Shown here piece after piece: positions 9,392-19,300 of a stretch of DNA of 40,994 nt. The translations under genes were made by a program, and so were the position numbers. The notes beneath the pieces are model-generated. The model was given only the letters and a program-made list of their open reading frames with translations, was not told the origin of the DNA and did not search any database. The stretch covers positions 1 through 40,994 of the forward strand of contig JBHJHA010000023.1 in the NCBI GenBank assembly GCA_050331235.1. The letters are read 5' to 3'. Source of the DNA: Leptolyngbyaceae cyanobacterium (lineage in GTDB: Bacteria > Cyanobacteriota > Cyanobacteriia > Phormidesmidales > Phormidesmidaceae). The stretch's first letter is position 1, and each line of letters opens with the position of its first letter.

Positions 9392-10147
9392 ATGTATGAT
9401 GACGACGAGCTAAAAATCATCGATCCGGACGCTGAGTTTGCTGATCCACTGGATCAGATTGCGCCAGCGGGAGAGGTTGCCGAGGAGCCCCAGCCAGACC
9501 CTGAGGAACTGCTCAAGCTACTTGCTGCACCCCAAGCCCAACAGCGCATGTTAGCCGCGCGGGCCTTTTGCGAAATTGACGAGCCACGGGCCGTGCCTCA
9601 GCTATTAGCGTTACTGAAAGATAGCTGTCCGCTGGTACGGGTCAGCGCTGCCTATGCCCTGGGGCGTAACCATGACGACACCGCGATCGCCCCACTGATC
9701 GAACAGCTCTACGACTGGAATGGCTACGTCCGCAAAGGGGTTGTTTGGGCTCTGGGTAATAGTCACACCCCCGAAGCCCTGCCCCCGATGATCGAGGCTT
9801 TGAAAACCGATATTCCTGCGGTGCGCCTGTGGGCAGCCAGTGCCCTCGCCCAGATGATCAACGTCAGTTACGAGACAGTGGTCGCCGCACTGCCACCGAT
9901 CATTGAGGTGATGCGCCAAGATTCCATCGCCGCGGTGCGCAGCAATTGTGCCTGGGCGGTTGGTCAGCTCTGTCGCGAGTTGCCCTCCAACGTCGTATAT
10001 GCCACAGCGATCGACGCGTTGATTGAAACCTTTGCTGAAGAGGAGGATCTAGGAGTCCGTGAAGATGCTCGTACCGCAATTCTGACGGTTGGCGATCCTC
10101 GTGGTCTTCAGGTCATCGAAGAGCTTGAGCAAGACGGCTGGTTCTAA
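9392..10147 (+). CDS. HEAT-repeat (PBS lyase HEAT-like) protein
   Basis: Repeats VRVSAAYALG, VRKGVVWALG, VRLWAASALA and VRSNCAWAVG; acidic N-terminus. Confidence 0.88.
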   Translation: MYDDDELKIIDPDAEFADPLDQIAPAGEVAEEPQPDPEELLKLLAAPQAQQRMLAARAFCEIDEPRAVPQLLALLKDSCPLVRVSAAYALGRNHDDTAIAPLIEQLYDWNGYVRKGVVWALGNSHTPEALPPMIEALKTDIPAVRLWAASALAQMINVSYETVVAALPPIIEVMRQDSIAAVRSNCAWAVGQLCRELPSNVVYATAIDALIETFAEEEDLGVREDARTAILTVGDPRGLQVIEELEQDGWF

Positions 10148-10255
10148 AAGGACATCAGCCTTGAGTCGCTGGCCTCCAGGATAATAGCTATTCAGCTCCT
10201 CGCCCAGGGTTGCCGGGTCGGTGCGTCTGTAAAACGGACCAAAGTCGTCCCATCG

Positions 10256-10981
10256 CTAATCCTGCTCAGCTTTTTCCGCAATGGCTGCAATGTAGTTATC
10301 AATGTCGTGATCTTTGACCCGGCGGCTGACCAACTGCCAGGTCCAGAGAGAACCGAGACGGTGTAGCTCGGGTACATGCTCATATCCCTGCCACGTCCGG
10401 GGAACGCGGGTTACTAGGTCCCAGCCGTAGACAAATCGATGGCTGTTGGGCACACGCCGATTAAAGGACTCCACCAGCGCCGAGTTGCCGACCCGAGGAG
10501 CGCCAAAGGTGTGAAGCGTGATGGGCTGCTCGGTATGCTGGGTGATGTTGTATTGAATATCAAGCGCGGCAATGGTGGCGATCGCCCCCCCCAGGCTATG
10601 GCCGGCAATAATCAACGGGACATCGGGAAAGTCTTGTACGACCTTGAGCAGGCGATCGCGCACTGCAAAATAAGCCGTCATAAATCCCCGGTGAAAACGT
10701 ACATCTGTCTCTGTGGCGTCACCGTAGGGGTAAATCTGTTGGCGAAACTGAAAATTATTAATCCAGTCAATGCTCTTTTCGGTACCGCGGAAGATGATGT
10801 ACAGCACCTGCGCATCTTGGGCATAAAGCAACGCAGCTTGGGTGTCAGTTTGCCCTGCATCGTCACTTTCGATCAGCGTACTTTCGCTGCCTGGAATGCT
10901 TTCAAATATAATGTCAGCAAAGCTTTTGTAGACTTCTTTGCTGAGTTTGGCGCAGAGCAACGCGACGGTAAAATCCAGCAT
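10256..10981 (-). CDS. Class 3 lipase (alpha/beta hydrolase)
   Basis: Motifs FRGTE, FHRGF, GHSLGG nucleophile elbow, TFGAPRVGN, DLVTRVP and C-terminal DH; SD AGGAGG upstream. Confidence 0.92.
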   Translation of the reverse strand: MLDFTVALLCAKLSKEVYKSFADIIFESIPGSESTLIESDDAGQTDTQAALLYAQDAQVLYIIFRGTEKSIDWINNFQFRQQIYPYGDATETDVRFHRGFMTAYFAVRDRLLKVVQDFPDVPLIIAGHSLGGAIATIAALDIQYNITQHTEQPITLHTFGAPRVGNSALVESFNRRVPNSHRFVYGWDLVTRVPRTWQGYEHVPELHRLGSLWTWQLVSRRVKDHDIDNYIAAIAEKAEQD

Positions 10982-11339
10982 GGGGCACCTCCTAAGATAT
11001 CGAGATTATCGCCTTCAAACTATTTAATAATCGAGCTCGGTCGCGACTCAGCAGTAGCTTACGTCAGTTCAGTCCAGTCCAGTGCACCGGTACGGAAAAA
11101 CGGACGAGTCGGGGAGTCTTTGCCTGACGCCATTTTTAGCATGGGGGCGATGTGACGTTGTCCGCAACTACAGTGGCTTAATGGGACATTCCAGACGGCA
11201 AACACAGCGGCCTGCAGATTGATGTAATACGCCTTGAGCCTAGGGCAATGAACTTTTTCGGAGCATGACGCGCTAATCTGGGCTCATCGTTGCGGGGGAT
11301 TCATTGCTGGTGGCCTGGGCTGGTGGCAAGGTGTATAGG

Positions 11340-11759
11340 ATGGCTACGATCAAGCTTCAATCTCGATCTTTGAGCGCTCTGCCGGGCCTGTCGGGCGAGC
11401 ATTTGGCTCAGCTTGAGCAGGCAGGGTTGCACACTACGATGGATTTGCTGCGCGTCGCTCGGGTTCCCAAGCAGCTGTCGGCGATCGCAGCTAAGCTCAA
11501 TATTTCTCTACGCCATCTGCAAAAATGGGCAGCTTTGGCCGAGTTAGCCCAACTGCCTAGCATTGGTGGTGAATACTGCGGCCTCTTGCTCCATAGTGGG
11601 GTGGCCTCAGTGAGTCAGCTATCGACCCTACCGCCAGGGCGACTCCACAGTCAGATTCGCAAACTGCACACCATGGTGCTACGGCGATCAGACCTCTGCC
11701 CAACGCCCGACCAAGTGGTGCAGTGGGTACGCGAGGCGAAGGCCGTACAGGCTCGATAG
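11340..11759 (+). CDS. DUF4332 domain protein (helix-hairpin-helix-like)
   Basis: Motifs LPGL, KWAALAELAQLPSIGGEYCGLLLHSGVASVSQL and VVQWVREA. Confidence 0.8.
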   Translation: MATIKLQSRSLSALPGLSGEHLAQLEQAGLHTTMDLLRVARVPKQLSAIAAKLNISLRHLQKWAALAELAQLPSIGGEYCGLLLHSGVASVSQLSTLPPGRLHSQIRKLHTMVLRRSDLCPTPDQVVQWVREAKAVQAR

Positions 11760-11944
11760 CCAATAACTGGGGGATGAAAAGTTCAAGCGCCTTGACATCT
11801 CAATTCAGCGATAAATTCCCTGTTAAGACGAAAACACAACGCATTTAGGTTTATTCAAGCTGAGATCAATCAGTTTTTTAGCCTGGCCAGCACTGACGGG
11901 TTAAGCCGGATGCGGACCAAATCTAGTCGAGGTACTGTCACTCC

Positions 11945-12937
11945 CTAAGACAACAGCGGCCGTCCAGGATGACGCGGTGTCGCTAATTCACATTCCACCT
12001 CAGCCATTTTGGGCTGGGTACCCGATGGAGTTTCGCCTGGAGTCGCTAGCTGCGGCGTCTGCGGGTGAATGACGCAGGTTTTGGTGATGTGATAGCCGCC
12101 TTCAGTTGAGGCTGGACCAGACCAGACCGCCATCAAATCAAGCACATAGCTACCATTTTCTAGCATGTCGCGTTGGGCTTGGAGCTGCCACATCTCACTT
12201 TCATGGGGGGAGACTAAGGTTTCTATGGTACGGCTTTCGATGTTGACCAGGCGCTCATCCAGCCCCAAGAGCCAACGCTCTACATAGGGCCAAGGGGTGC
12301 CGTTTAGCGCTTCGCTGATTTCGGCTTCGGCTGCTGTCAGCATTACAATGCCACGGGCCTGTTCCTCCGGTTTGTCGGCCAATCGCATAACAAAACCGCT
12401 ACGGTCAAAATCATCAGCCAGGAGGCTGGGATACTCCTGAAACCAGGACTGCAGCCGGAAATAAAACTGAAACCAGTTGCTAAACAACAAAGCCAGTAAT
12501 GTGAACAAAATTAGCTGTTGACGAACGGGCGGTGACGGTAGTTTTGGCTGCAGTTCCCAGGTCAAAAAGTACGGAATCGCAATAACGGCAACGGAGACGA
12601 GCGGCCACGTCATTAGCGCGATCGGCCAATTATTGCCAGGCAAAAGGCCAAAAACATAGACGCAGATAATAGCCCCGGTCACCCACGGGGCTACGGACAG
12701 ACCAAACAACCGGACCTTGGACTGCTCCAGCAGCCAGCCAATCCCCAGGGCAAAAAAAATCCAGCCGCCGGTGGCGATGATATTGACAGTAAGGCCACGA
12801 CCGACCGCGAGCCGAGCAACCCAAGACATGACAAACGAAAATAATCCGAGATAAATAAATGTCTGCCAAGCGTAGTAATCATCGGGAAAGAGAAAGCTCG
12901 AAACCCGTTCCCAAATTGTCTGTAGGAGCTTGATCAT
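11945..12937 (-). CDS. fraD: Septal junction protein FraD (DUF5357)
   Basis: About five TM helices, NWFQFYFRLQSWFQEYPSLLADDF and a periplasmic C-terminus with two Cys; ATGA overlap with fraC. Confidence 0.85.
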   Translation of the reverse strand: MIKLLQTIWERVSSFLFPDDYYAWQTFIYLGLFSFVMSWVARLAVGRGLTVNIIATGGWIFFALGIGWLLEQSKVRLFGLSVAPWVTGAIICVYVFGLLPGNNWPIALMTWPLVSVAVIAIPYFLTWELQPKLPSPPVRQQLILFTLLALLFSNWFQFYFRLQSWFQEYPSLLADDFDRSGFVMRLADKPEEQARGIVMLTAAEAEISEALNGTPWPYVERWLLGLDERLVNIESRTIETLVSPHESEMWQLQAQRDMLENGSYVLDLMAVWSGPASTEGGYHITKTCVIHPQTPQLATPGETPSGTQPKMAEVECELATPRHPGRPLLS

Positions 12938-13503
12938 AGTGATTGCGTGACTCCGTAGCGCAGCAGCAGCAGCAGCAGCACTGCCGAAAAACTGAGGGCA
13001 TTGGCCTGTAAAACCGCAATCTCATGGGGAGCCACTGTGGTTTGCTGATCCAACGACCGACGGTAGCGATAGCGATTGACGTTTTTCTCAGTTTTCGGCT
13101 GCACGATGGGATTGCCCAACATCAAGGTCAGCCAAGCTAAGGCAGTGGCCTTGACCCAAAAAGTGAGGAAAAAGACGACCAATCCAGCAATGACGACAAA
13201 AATGCCTAAGCTGCCAGCCCAGTCATTGAAGTAAAAGTTGCCAAAGAGAACATAGCTGATCACCTGAGTCCGAATGGCGGGTGGCAAAATCTGCTCGAGG
13301 CCCAAAAACAAAATCCAACCGAGGACGACCGCGAGCAAATTGAGGGTTGCCGCATACTGCATGCTGGACTGAAATCCCAGTCTCAACCGCTGTCGCAGAA
13401 CGATCGCTTCTAGGGCGATCGCCACGAGCAACAGCAAACACTGAAATACGATGGCCCTGAGCGGCAACACGGCAGCTTCATCTAGGAGCAGAGAAAAGGG
13501 CAT
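12934..13503 (-). CDS. fraC: Filament integrity protein FraC
   Basis: Motifs LPLRAIVFQCLLLLVAIALEA, YAATLNL, IRTQVISYVLF and AVLQANALS; lies directly upstream of the DUF5357 gene. Confidence 0.85.
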   Translation of the reverse strand: MPFSLLLDEAAVLPLRAIVFQCLLLLVAIALEAIVLRQRLRLGFQSSMQYAATLNLLAVVLGWILFLGLEQILPPAIRTQVISYVLFGNFYFNDWAGSLGIFVVIAGLVVFFLTFWVKATALAWLTLMLGNPIVQPKTEKNVNRYRYRRSLDQQTTVAPHEIAVLQANALSFSAVLLLLLLRYGVTQSL

Positions 13504-13715
13504 AACAACGTTGAGGCAGGTGACGTCAGCAGTGGCGAGCGAAGAGTGGGTAGTTTAAGAGATAAAACGCTGATTAGCGCATTGCCAATCAGTATTGTTA
13601 TGGTACTTGGGCGATCGCACCCATCGTTACGCTGGCATTAGGGTATCTCCTAGCCAAAGGTTTCGATAAAATCTTATGCGGTACCTGCCTAAAACTTAAC
13701 GCCCAACAACAGCAA

Positions 13716-14849
13716 ATGGTCAGAACTGGGATCGGAATTCGCACAGCACAGCTCAACAACGAGCGCTTAGCAGGCCAAATTCATGTTTATGACGGCGAGG
13801 GCAAAGGCAAATCCCAGGTTGCCCTTGGAGTAGTACTTCGTTCCATTGGCTTAGGCATTCAAAATTTCATGGAAAGCCGGGTGTTGCTGCTGCGCTTTCT
13901 CAAAGGTCCGGGACGCACCTATGACGAAGATGCGGCGATCGAAGCGCTGCAGCGCGGTTTTCCCCATTTAATCGATCAGGTGCGCACCGGGCGGGCAGAA
14001 TTTTTTGGGCCAGAGGGCATCACCAAATTTGACCGCCTAGAGGCTCAGCGAGGGTGGGATGTGGCCAAAGGTGCAATCGCCTCGGGACTATACTCCGTCG
14101 TCGTGCTCGATGAGATCAATCCGGTGCTAGATTTGGGACTGCTCTCCGTCGAGGATGTGGTGCGATCGCTGAAACATAAACCCGACCACTTAGAGGTGAT
14201 TGCGACAGGGCGAGCGGCCCCGGCGGGGCTGATTGAGATTGCCAACCTGCATTCCGAGATGAAGCCCCAGCGTCCCCAAAATATGGACTTTCCTGGCATT
14301 GAAGGGGTCGAAATTTACACCGGCGATGGCAAAGGCAAGTCGACCAGTGCCCTGGGCAAAGCGCTGCAGGCCATTGGCCGAGGCTTTAGCCAAGACAAAT
14401 CGCATCGGGTCTTGATCATGCAGTGGCTCAAGGGTGGGCGGGGTTACACCGAGGATGCGGCGATTTCGGCTCTGCGCAAAAGCTATCCCAATCTGGTCGA
14501 TCATCAACGGTGTGGGCGCGATGCCATTGTCTGGCGAGGACAGCAGCAAGAGATTGACTATGTCGAGGCCGAACGCGGCTGGGAACTTGCCTGTACAGCG
14601 ATCGCCTCTGGCCTTTACAAGACGGTTATTTTGGACGAGCTCAACCCGACGGTTGATTTAGAGCTGCTACCCGAAGAGCCCATTGTGCAAGCGCTACTAC
14701 GCAAGCCGCGCGACACCGAGGTCATCATCACCGGGCGCTGTAAAAACCGACCAGCCTATTTTGAGCTCGCTAGCACCCATTCAGAAGTGTTTAACCACAA
14801 ACACTACGCTGAAAAAGGCATTGACCTCAAACGTGGAGTAGATTTTTAG
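13716..14849 (+). CDS. cobO: Cob(I)yrinic acid a,c-diamide adenosyltransferase, tandem two-domain cyanobacterial form
   Basis: Two CobA/BtuR domains: YDGEGKGKS...VVLDE...ATGR and YTGDGKGKST...ILDE...ITGR. Ends in RGVDF. Confidence 0.92.
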   Translation: MVRTGIGIRTAQLNNERLAGQIHVYDGEGKGKSQVALGVVLRSIGLGIQNFMESRVLLLRFLKGPGRTYDEDAAIEALQRGFPHLIDQVRTGRAEFFGPEGITKFDRLEAQRGWDVAKGAIASGLYSVVVLDEINPVLDLGLLSVEDVVRSLKHKPDHLEVIATGRAAPAGLIEIANLHSEMKPQRPQNMDFPGIEGVEIYTGDGKGKSTSALGKALQAIGRGFSQDKSHRVLIMQWLKGGRGYTEDAAISALRKSYPNLVDHQRCGRDAIVWRGQQQEIDYVEAERGWELACTAIASGLYKTVILDELNPTVDLELLPEEPIVQALLRKPRDTEVIITGRCKNRPAYFELASTHSEVFNHKHYAEKGIDLKRGVDF

Positions 14850-14862
14850 TCCATCGCGGCAG

Positions 14863-14913
14863 CATGGTCTCAAATAGTTGAGTTGCAGTCTGATCTGGCT
14901 GTTTGAGACCATG
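14863..14913. terminator. Long hairpin between convergent cobO and DUF1499 genes
   Basis: Perfect 12-bp arms CATGGTCTCAAA (14863-14874) and TTTGAGACCATG (14902-14913), extendable inward by G-U pairs. Confidence 0.6.
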
Positions 14914-14929
14914 AACGTCCCGATCTGGG

Positions 14930-15445
14930 CTAAATTCCCAGGTCTTTTAGGGCCAAGCGGATTTGTTCTAAGCGACGACGGTTGACCCCCAAGTCCGACT
15001 CACCCAGGCGAGCCGCAGAGCGCAGGTGAATGACTGATTCATCGGCGGGCAAATAAAATTCCGCGTCATCGACAAAGCCCATAATGCGGCTGGTCGACTT
15101 GACCCGAATGTAATCCTCCGTTTGGGACACAATTTCTGTCCGGGGTACGACACCCAGTACCTTGATTAAAAGGTCGCGGGCGGCAGCGCGATCGCCACTG
15201 TACTCAATAGGGGCGATGGTATGTTCAGCATCGCCTCCTTGGCTGACCACACAGTTGGGTGAAGCTGGACAGGGCGACAGCTGACCGTCCTCGACACCGA
15301 GTTCCGGTTTTTTCCCCGCTAAGACGCCGGACAACCCAGGGATAGCGCCCAAAGTAGGTGATGTAGGAACCGTCACGGCTGTAGCAGCAGGCATCGGCAG
15401 TAGCCAAAGGGAGAATGCGAACAAACACGTTAAAAAGACTGACAT
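14930..15445 (-). CDS. DUF1499 domain protein
   Basis: Motifs LSPCPASPNCVVSQ, MGFVDDAEF and IHLRSAARLGESDLGVNRRRLE. Confidence 0.9.
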   Translation of the reverse strand: MSVFLTCLFAFSLWLLPMPAATAVTVPTSPTLGAIPGLSGVLAGKKPELGVEDGQLSPCPASPNCVVSQGGDAEHTIAPIEYSGDRAAARDLLIKVLGVVPRTEIVSQTEDYIRVKSTSRIMGFVDDAEFYLPADESVIHLRSAARLGESDLGVNRRRLEQIRLALKDLGI

Positions 15446-15625
15446 AGTGCAGATAAACTTTCCTGAGTCACCAGTACACCGTCATCGTAAGATATGGCCG
15501 CCGCTGCTGGCAGCCGACCAGTGATTGATTCGATCGCCATGCTTTGTGTACAACGGCAACGGCAAACTGAAAAAGCTAAGGCACTGAAAAACTGGACAGA
15601 GAGCTTCAGGATGCCTGCGCTAATG

Positions 15626-16336
15626 TCAGTGCAGTAAACCGGCATAAATGGCTAAGGGCAAGCCGATGAACCCCGCCGAGATCGCGATCGCCAGCACTAA
15701 ACTCAGCCCATAGATGGAAAATCGCAGTCCTTTAGACATTAATCCAAGGGACTGCAAAGCGCTCCAAAACCCGTGACGTAGGTGAACACCTAGAAGCACC
15801 ATCACGCCGGTGTAGCCAAAGGTGTACCACGGCGTTTGAAATTTTTCGATCACCAAGCGAGATAAGTCACGAACGGTTTGTCCATCGAGTTGTGTGAGGT
15901 AGTAGGTCCCAAATTTAAAGTTCAGCAGGTGGATGACTAAAAAAGCGCCGATGATCATCCCCGTAAACGGCATGGTGCGAGAGCTGAGGGATTGCAGGCT
16001 AGGCTTGCCTCGGCTGGCATATCGAGCATAGCGATCAGGGCGCGATCGCCGATTGTGAACAAACAGCTGCAGGCCGGCAGCAATATGGAGCGCAAAAACC
16101 GCCAAGAGCATCGATTCGGTCAGCCAAAAAAGTGGGCCTAGGCTTTCTAAAAAGTGAGCAAAAGCGTTGTAGGCATCATGACCGGCAAAGAGTAGTAAGT
16201 TGCCGGTGAGGTGAATACTTACAAAAGTGACCAGCCCTAGGCCCGTCATCCCCGTCACTAATTTCTTGCCAATAGGCGATCGGTAGAAGCGGAGGATAGA
16301 TGGCTGCGTAACCGTCTTTTCCATAATTAAAGGCAT
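15626..16336 (-). CDS. sdhC: Succinate dehydrogenase/fumarate reductase cytochrome b558 subunit
   Basis: SPIGKKLVTGMTG, about five TM helices, and candidate haem-ligand His residues (IHLTGN, LHIAAG, IHLLNF, HLRHGFWSALQSLG). Confidence 0.88.
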   Translation of the reverse strand: MPLIMEKTVTQPSILRFYRSPIGKKLVTGMTGLGLVTFVSIHLTGNLLLFAGHDAYNAFAHFLESLGPLFWLTESMLLAVFALHIAAGLQLFVHNRRSRPDRYARYASRGKPSLQSLSSRTMPFTGMIIGAFLVIHLLNFKFGTYYLTQLDGQTVRDLSRLVIEKFQTPWYTFGYTGVMVLLGVHLRHGFWSALQSLGLMSKGLRFSIYGLSLVLAIAISAGFIGLPLAIYAGLLH

Positions 16337-16395
16337 TTAGGGGTTGAGCGTTCTCCCTTAATGCTATGGCTGGCACCTCACAATCGGGGGTATCC

Positions 16396-19300
16396 TTAAG
16401 GACTCTTTGATAAATGCGCCAGTTTAAACGTTGCGATTTGCCAGGGCTGTAGGTGCAAAGGAGTCTCAGTAGCGATCGCCCGTTCCAGCAGATTGGTACG
16501 TACCACCGCGGTGGCTGGTACCGTCAGGGTGACGGCTTCTCCATACAGTTCACACACCCTGAGAATGTACTGATCAGGATCATCCTCGGCTTGTTTCAGG
16601 GCAGCTAACTGGACGCAGTCAGTGCCGAGGTCTAAAAATGACTGCTGGCTATAGTCTTCCGAAGACTGTTCAGTCGGTGCTGCATTGGCTGTGGCAGCGG
16701 CCATCGCTTGCCCGACGACGACCTGAAATGGGGTATTAAACGCGATCGCCTGCTGGGGCGTCTTACTCGCTCGCCAGTCGCCCTCATGGGGATACAGCCC
16801 ATAGGTAAATTGGTGGCAGCCGCGATCAGCCTGTGGGTCGGGCCACAGCGGTGCTTTCAGCAGGGTCAACCGTAACTGGTCGGGCAGGGCATCAAAGCCG
16901 TGCTTATAGTCAGTCAAAATGCTGAGCCCCCCGGCTGGGGTACTCAAATCCGCCCAGCGATAGGCCGGTACTTCCCATTTGGCTTGATCATGGGGATCCG
17001 TAGGGGCCGTGGGACGAGCGATCGCGCCAAAGGGAATTTCGTAGGTGGCGACGGGTGCCTCAATCGTCAGTGGAAACGCAACCTTCAAGACGACTTGGGT
17101 AGCTCGCCACTCGACCCGAGTGACCACCTTGAGGTACGGCAAAGTTTGGTCCAGCACATAATCTTGCTGAATCCGTGACTCCGCGATGTCGCGGATAACC
17201 CGTAGCCGCTGGCGCAAGGGCCCCCGTTCGATCCACTCAATGGCCTGTAGGGTCGCCGGCGGCAGGGGATGATCTTGATAGTCGGGAGCAATATCCCAAG
17301 CATCCCAATATTGACCCGCATCGGCAAATGTCTGGAGCTGATTGGCAGGCGATCGCACCCAGTTATTTTGGGATTGGCGATCGCTAATCCCCATCAGGTC
17401 TCCCGTCTGAGGATCGACCTCAACCCTGATATGGTCATTGGTCAGCCGCAGCGACAGCTGGTGCTCTTCATCTACAACATCGGGGTGGTCGGTTGCCCCA
17501 GGCAGCAGCCAGTAGAGGCGATATCCGACCGGTGGCACCACTGCCGAGAACAGTAAACAGGACTCGGGGACGGGGGGATCGTAAGACTGTCCCGGTACAT
17601 AGTCCAGGGAGTCACGCTGGCTAATCTGCGTAGTCAGGGCTTGCCCAGTAGCCGCATCCCAAACTCGCCACTGCGTCGATGGGGTCGGCAGGGTCGAGAG
17701 AGCCACCTCGACTAGCTGGGTCTGGGGCCAGTTGAGGGAATTAAACACCAACAGCGGCAGCGCCTCGGGGACGGGGGGGGAAAGCTGGGGCAGCGTCTGG
17801 GCGATCGCTTTGAGCGCATTCTCCCGCACCGCTTTAGCCGTACTGTAGGCCGCCTGCCACTCTGGGTTGACGGTCGCAAAGACTTCGGGAATGGCGGTGC
17901 CGGGCAAAATATCGTGAAATTGATTGAATAAGACCTGTTTCCAAGCCGTTTCTAAGGCAGCTTGGGGATACGGTGAGCCGCTGTGCATTTGGGCGATCGC
18001 GGCAAATAGCTCAGCTTCCCTCAGGGCATCTTCACAGCGGCGGTTATACCACTTTTGATCGGCGTGGACAGTGTAGCAGCCCCGGTGTAGCTCTAGATAA
18101 AGTTCATCTTTCCAAACGGGCAAAGGCTTAGCAGCGGCACCGGATTCAGATCCAACCGATGCCTTTCGGGGACCGTCAGACCGGTCATGTTGAACCAGCG
18201 ACGTCCCCGCATCAATAGTGTTTGTGGCGACTGCCGCTGTTAGTCGCTGCAGGTGATTGAACGGCGAATCAAACTCCAAACGGGGAAAGAACGGCGATGC
18301 TTGCCAGCGCTGGGCCCGCTCTAGCATATCGCGGGTAGGCCCCCCCCCGTGGTCGCCCATACCTGGCAGCCAGAGCATGTCGGCGAGGCCCGTTTGATAC
18401 TCCCAAACGGCGCTATGGAAGGCCATCTGAGGCGCATCAACGTCGGTACCAATGGGGGGCAGAGTTAAGCTGAGCAGACGGGTCCCATCCTGCCCCTCCC
18501 ACCAAAAGAAACTGTGGGGAAAGGGGGTGGATTCGTTCCAGCGGAGTTTTTGGGTAGCGAAGTACTGGATGCCGCCGAGGGACAGCAGTTGCGGCAACTG
18601 CCACGAAAAGCCAAAACAGTCGGGCAGCCAGGCGATCGCGCTTTCATCACCAAATCGCGATCGTGAGTAGCGCTGCCCGTACAAAATCTGCCGAGCCAGG
18701 GACTCGCCCCCCAGAGTATTCAGCTCTGGCTCGACCCAAAGCCCCGCGTCAATGCTCCAGGCACCTTGCTTTACGGCGGTTTGCACCGTATGAAACAGCT
18801 CCGGTTGGTGCGTCTCCAGCGAGTCAAATAGTGCTGGACTGGAGTGGGTGTAGGTCATGTCTGGAAAATCCGTTTGTAAGGCCAGCACGGAGCGAAACGT
18901 GCGTTCGGCAGCTTGCCAAGTATCGGCCACTGGCCAGAGCCAGGCTAAGTCGAGGTGGGCGTGGCCAACACAGGTGATTTGCCGCTGCTTGAGCCAAGCG
19001 CTCAGGGGCTGCAGGCGATCGCGCAGGTCGGTAAGTTCCCGCAGAAAGTGCCCCTGGTCGCAAACGGCAGACCAGTCTAAGGGGGCAATCGCCGCCGCGA
19101 TGTCGGCCAAATAGTCAGGATTTAACTGCTGGGCGTAGGTTTGCAGTACTGCCAGTTCGTCAGCCACAAAACCAGGCTCGGGCTGATCAGGCTGGAGAGA
19201 CTCATAAATGGCCTGGGAGCGCACAAGGGCCCCAGCATCATGGCCGGGACTGGTAAGACGCAGGGCGATCGCAAACGTTTGCCCCGCCTTTACACAGTGG

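Noticed and set aside
10439..11155. 238-aa plus-strand ORF
   Set aside because: Mostly antisense to the lipase and has no recognisable motifs.
10982..11339. 358-nt divergent spacer with a short CAGT(T/C) repeat; considered as ncRNA or gene relic
   Set aside because: I recognised no RNA family or protein motif in the frames I read; most simply a divergent promoter region.
11792..11817. TTGACA...TAAATT as an antisense promoter into fraD
   Set aside because: The spacer is only 14 nt, which is non-canonical.
12752..12978. A8 tract in fraD and (CTG)6 poly-Leu in fraC as phase-variation sites
   Set aside because: Both are short and in frame, and are explained by hydrophobic TM coding.
13716..14849. 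Internal duplication of cobO as a novelty
   Set aside because: The two-domain form is the usual cyanobacterial architecture.
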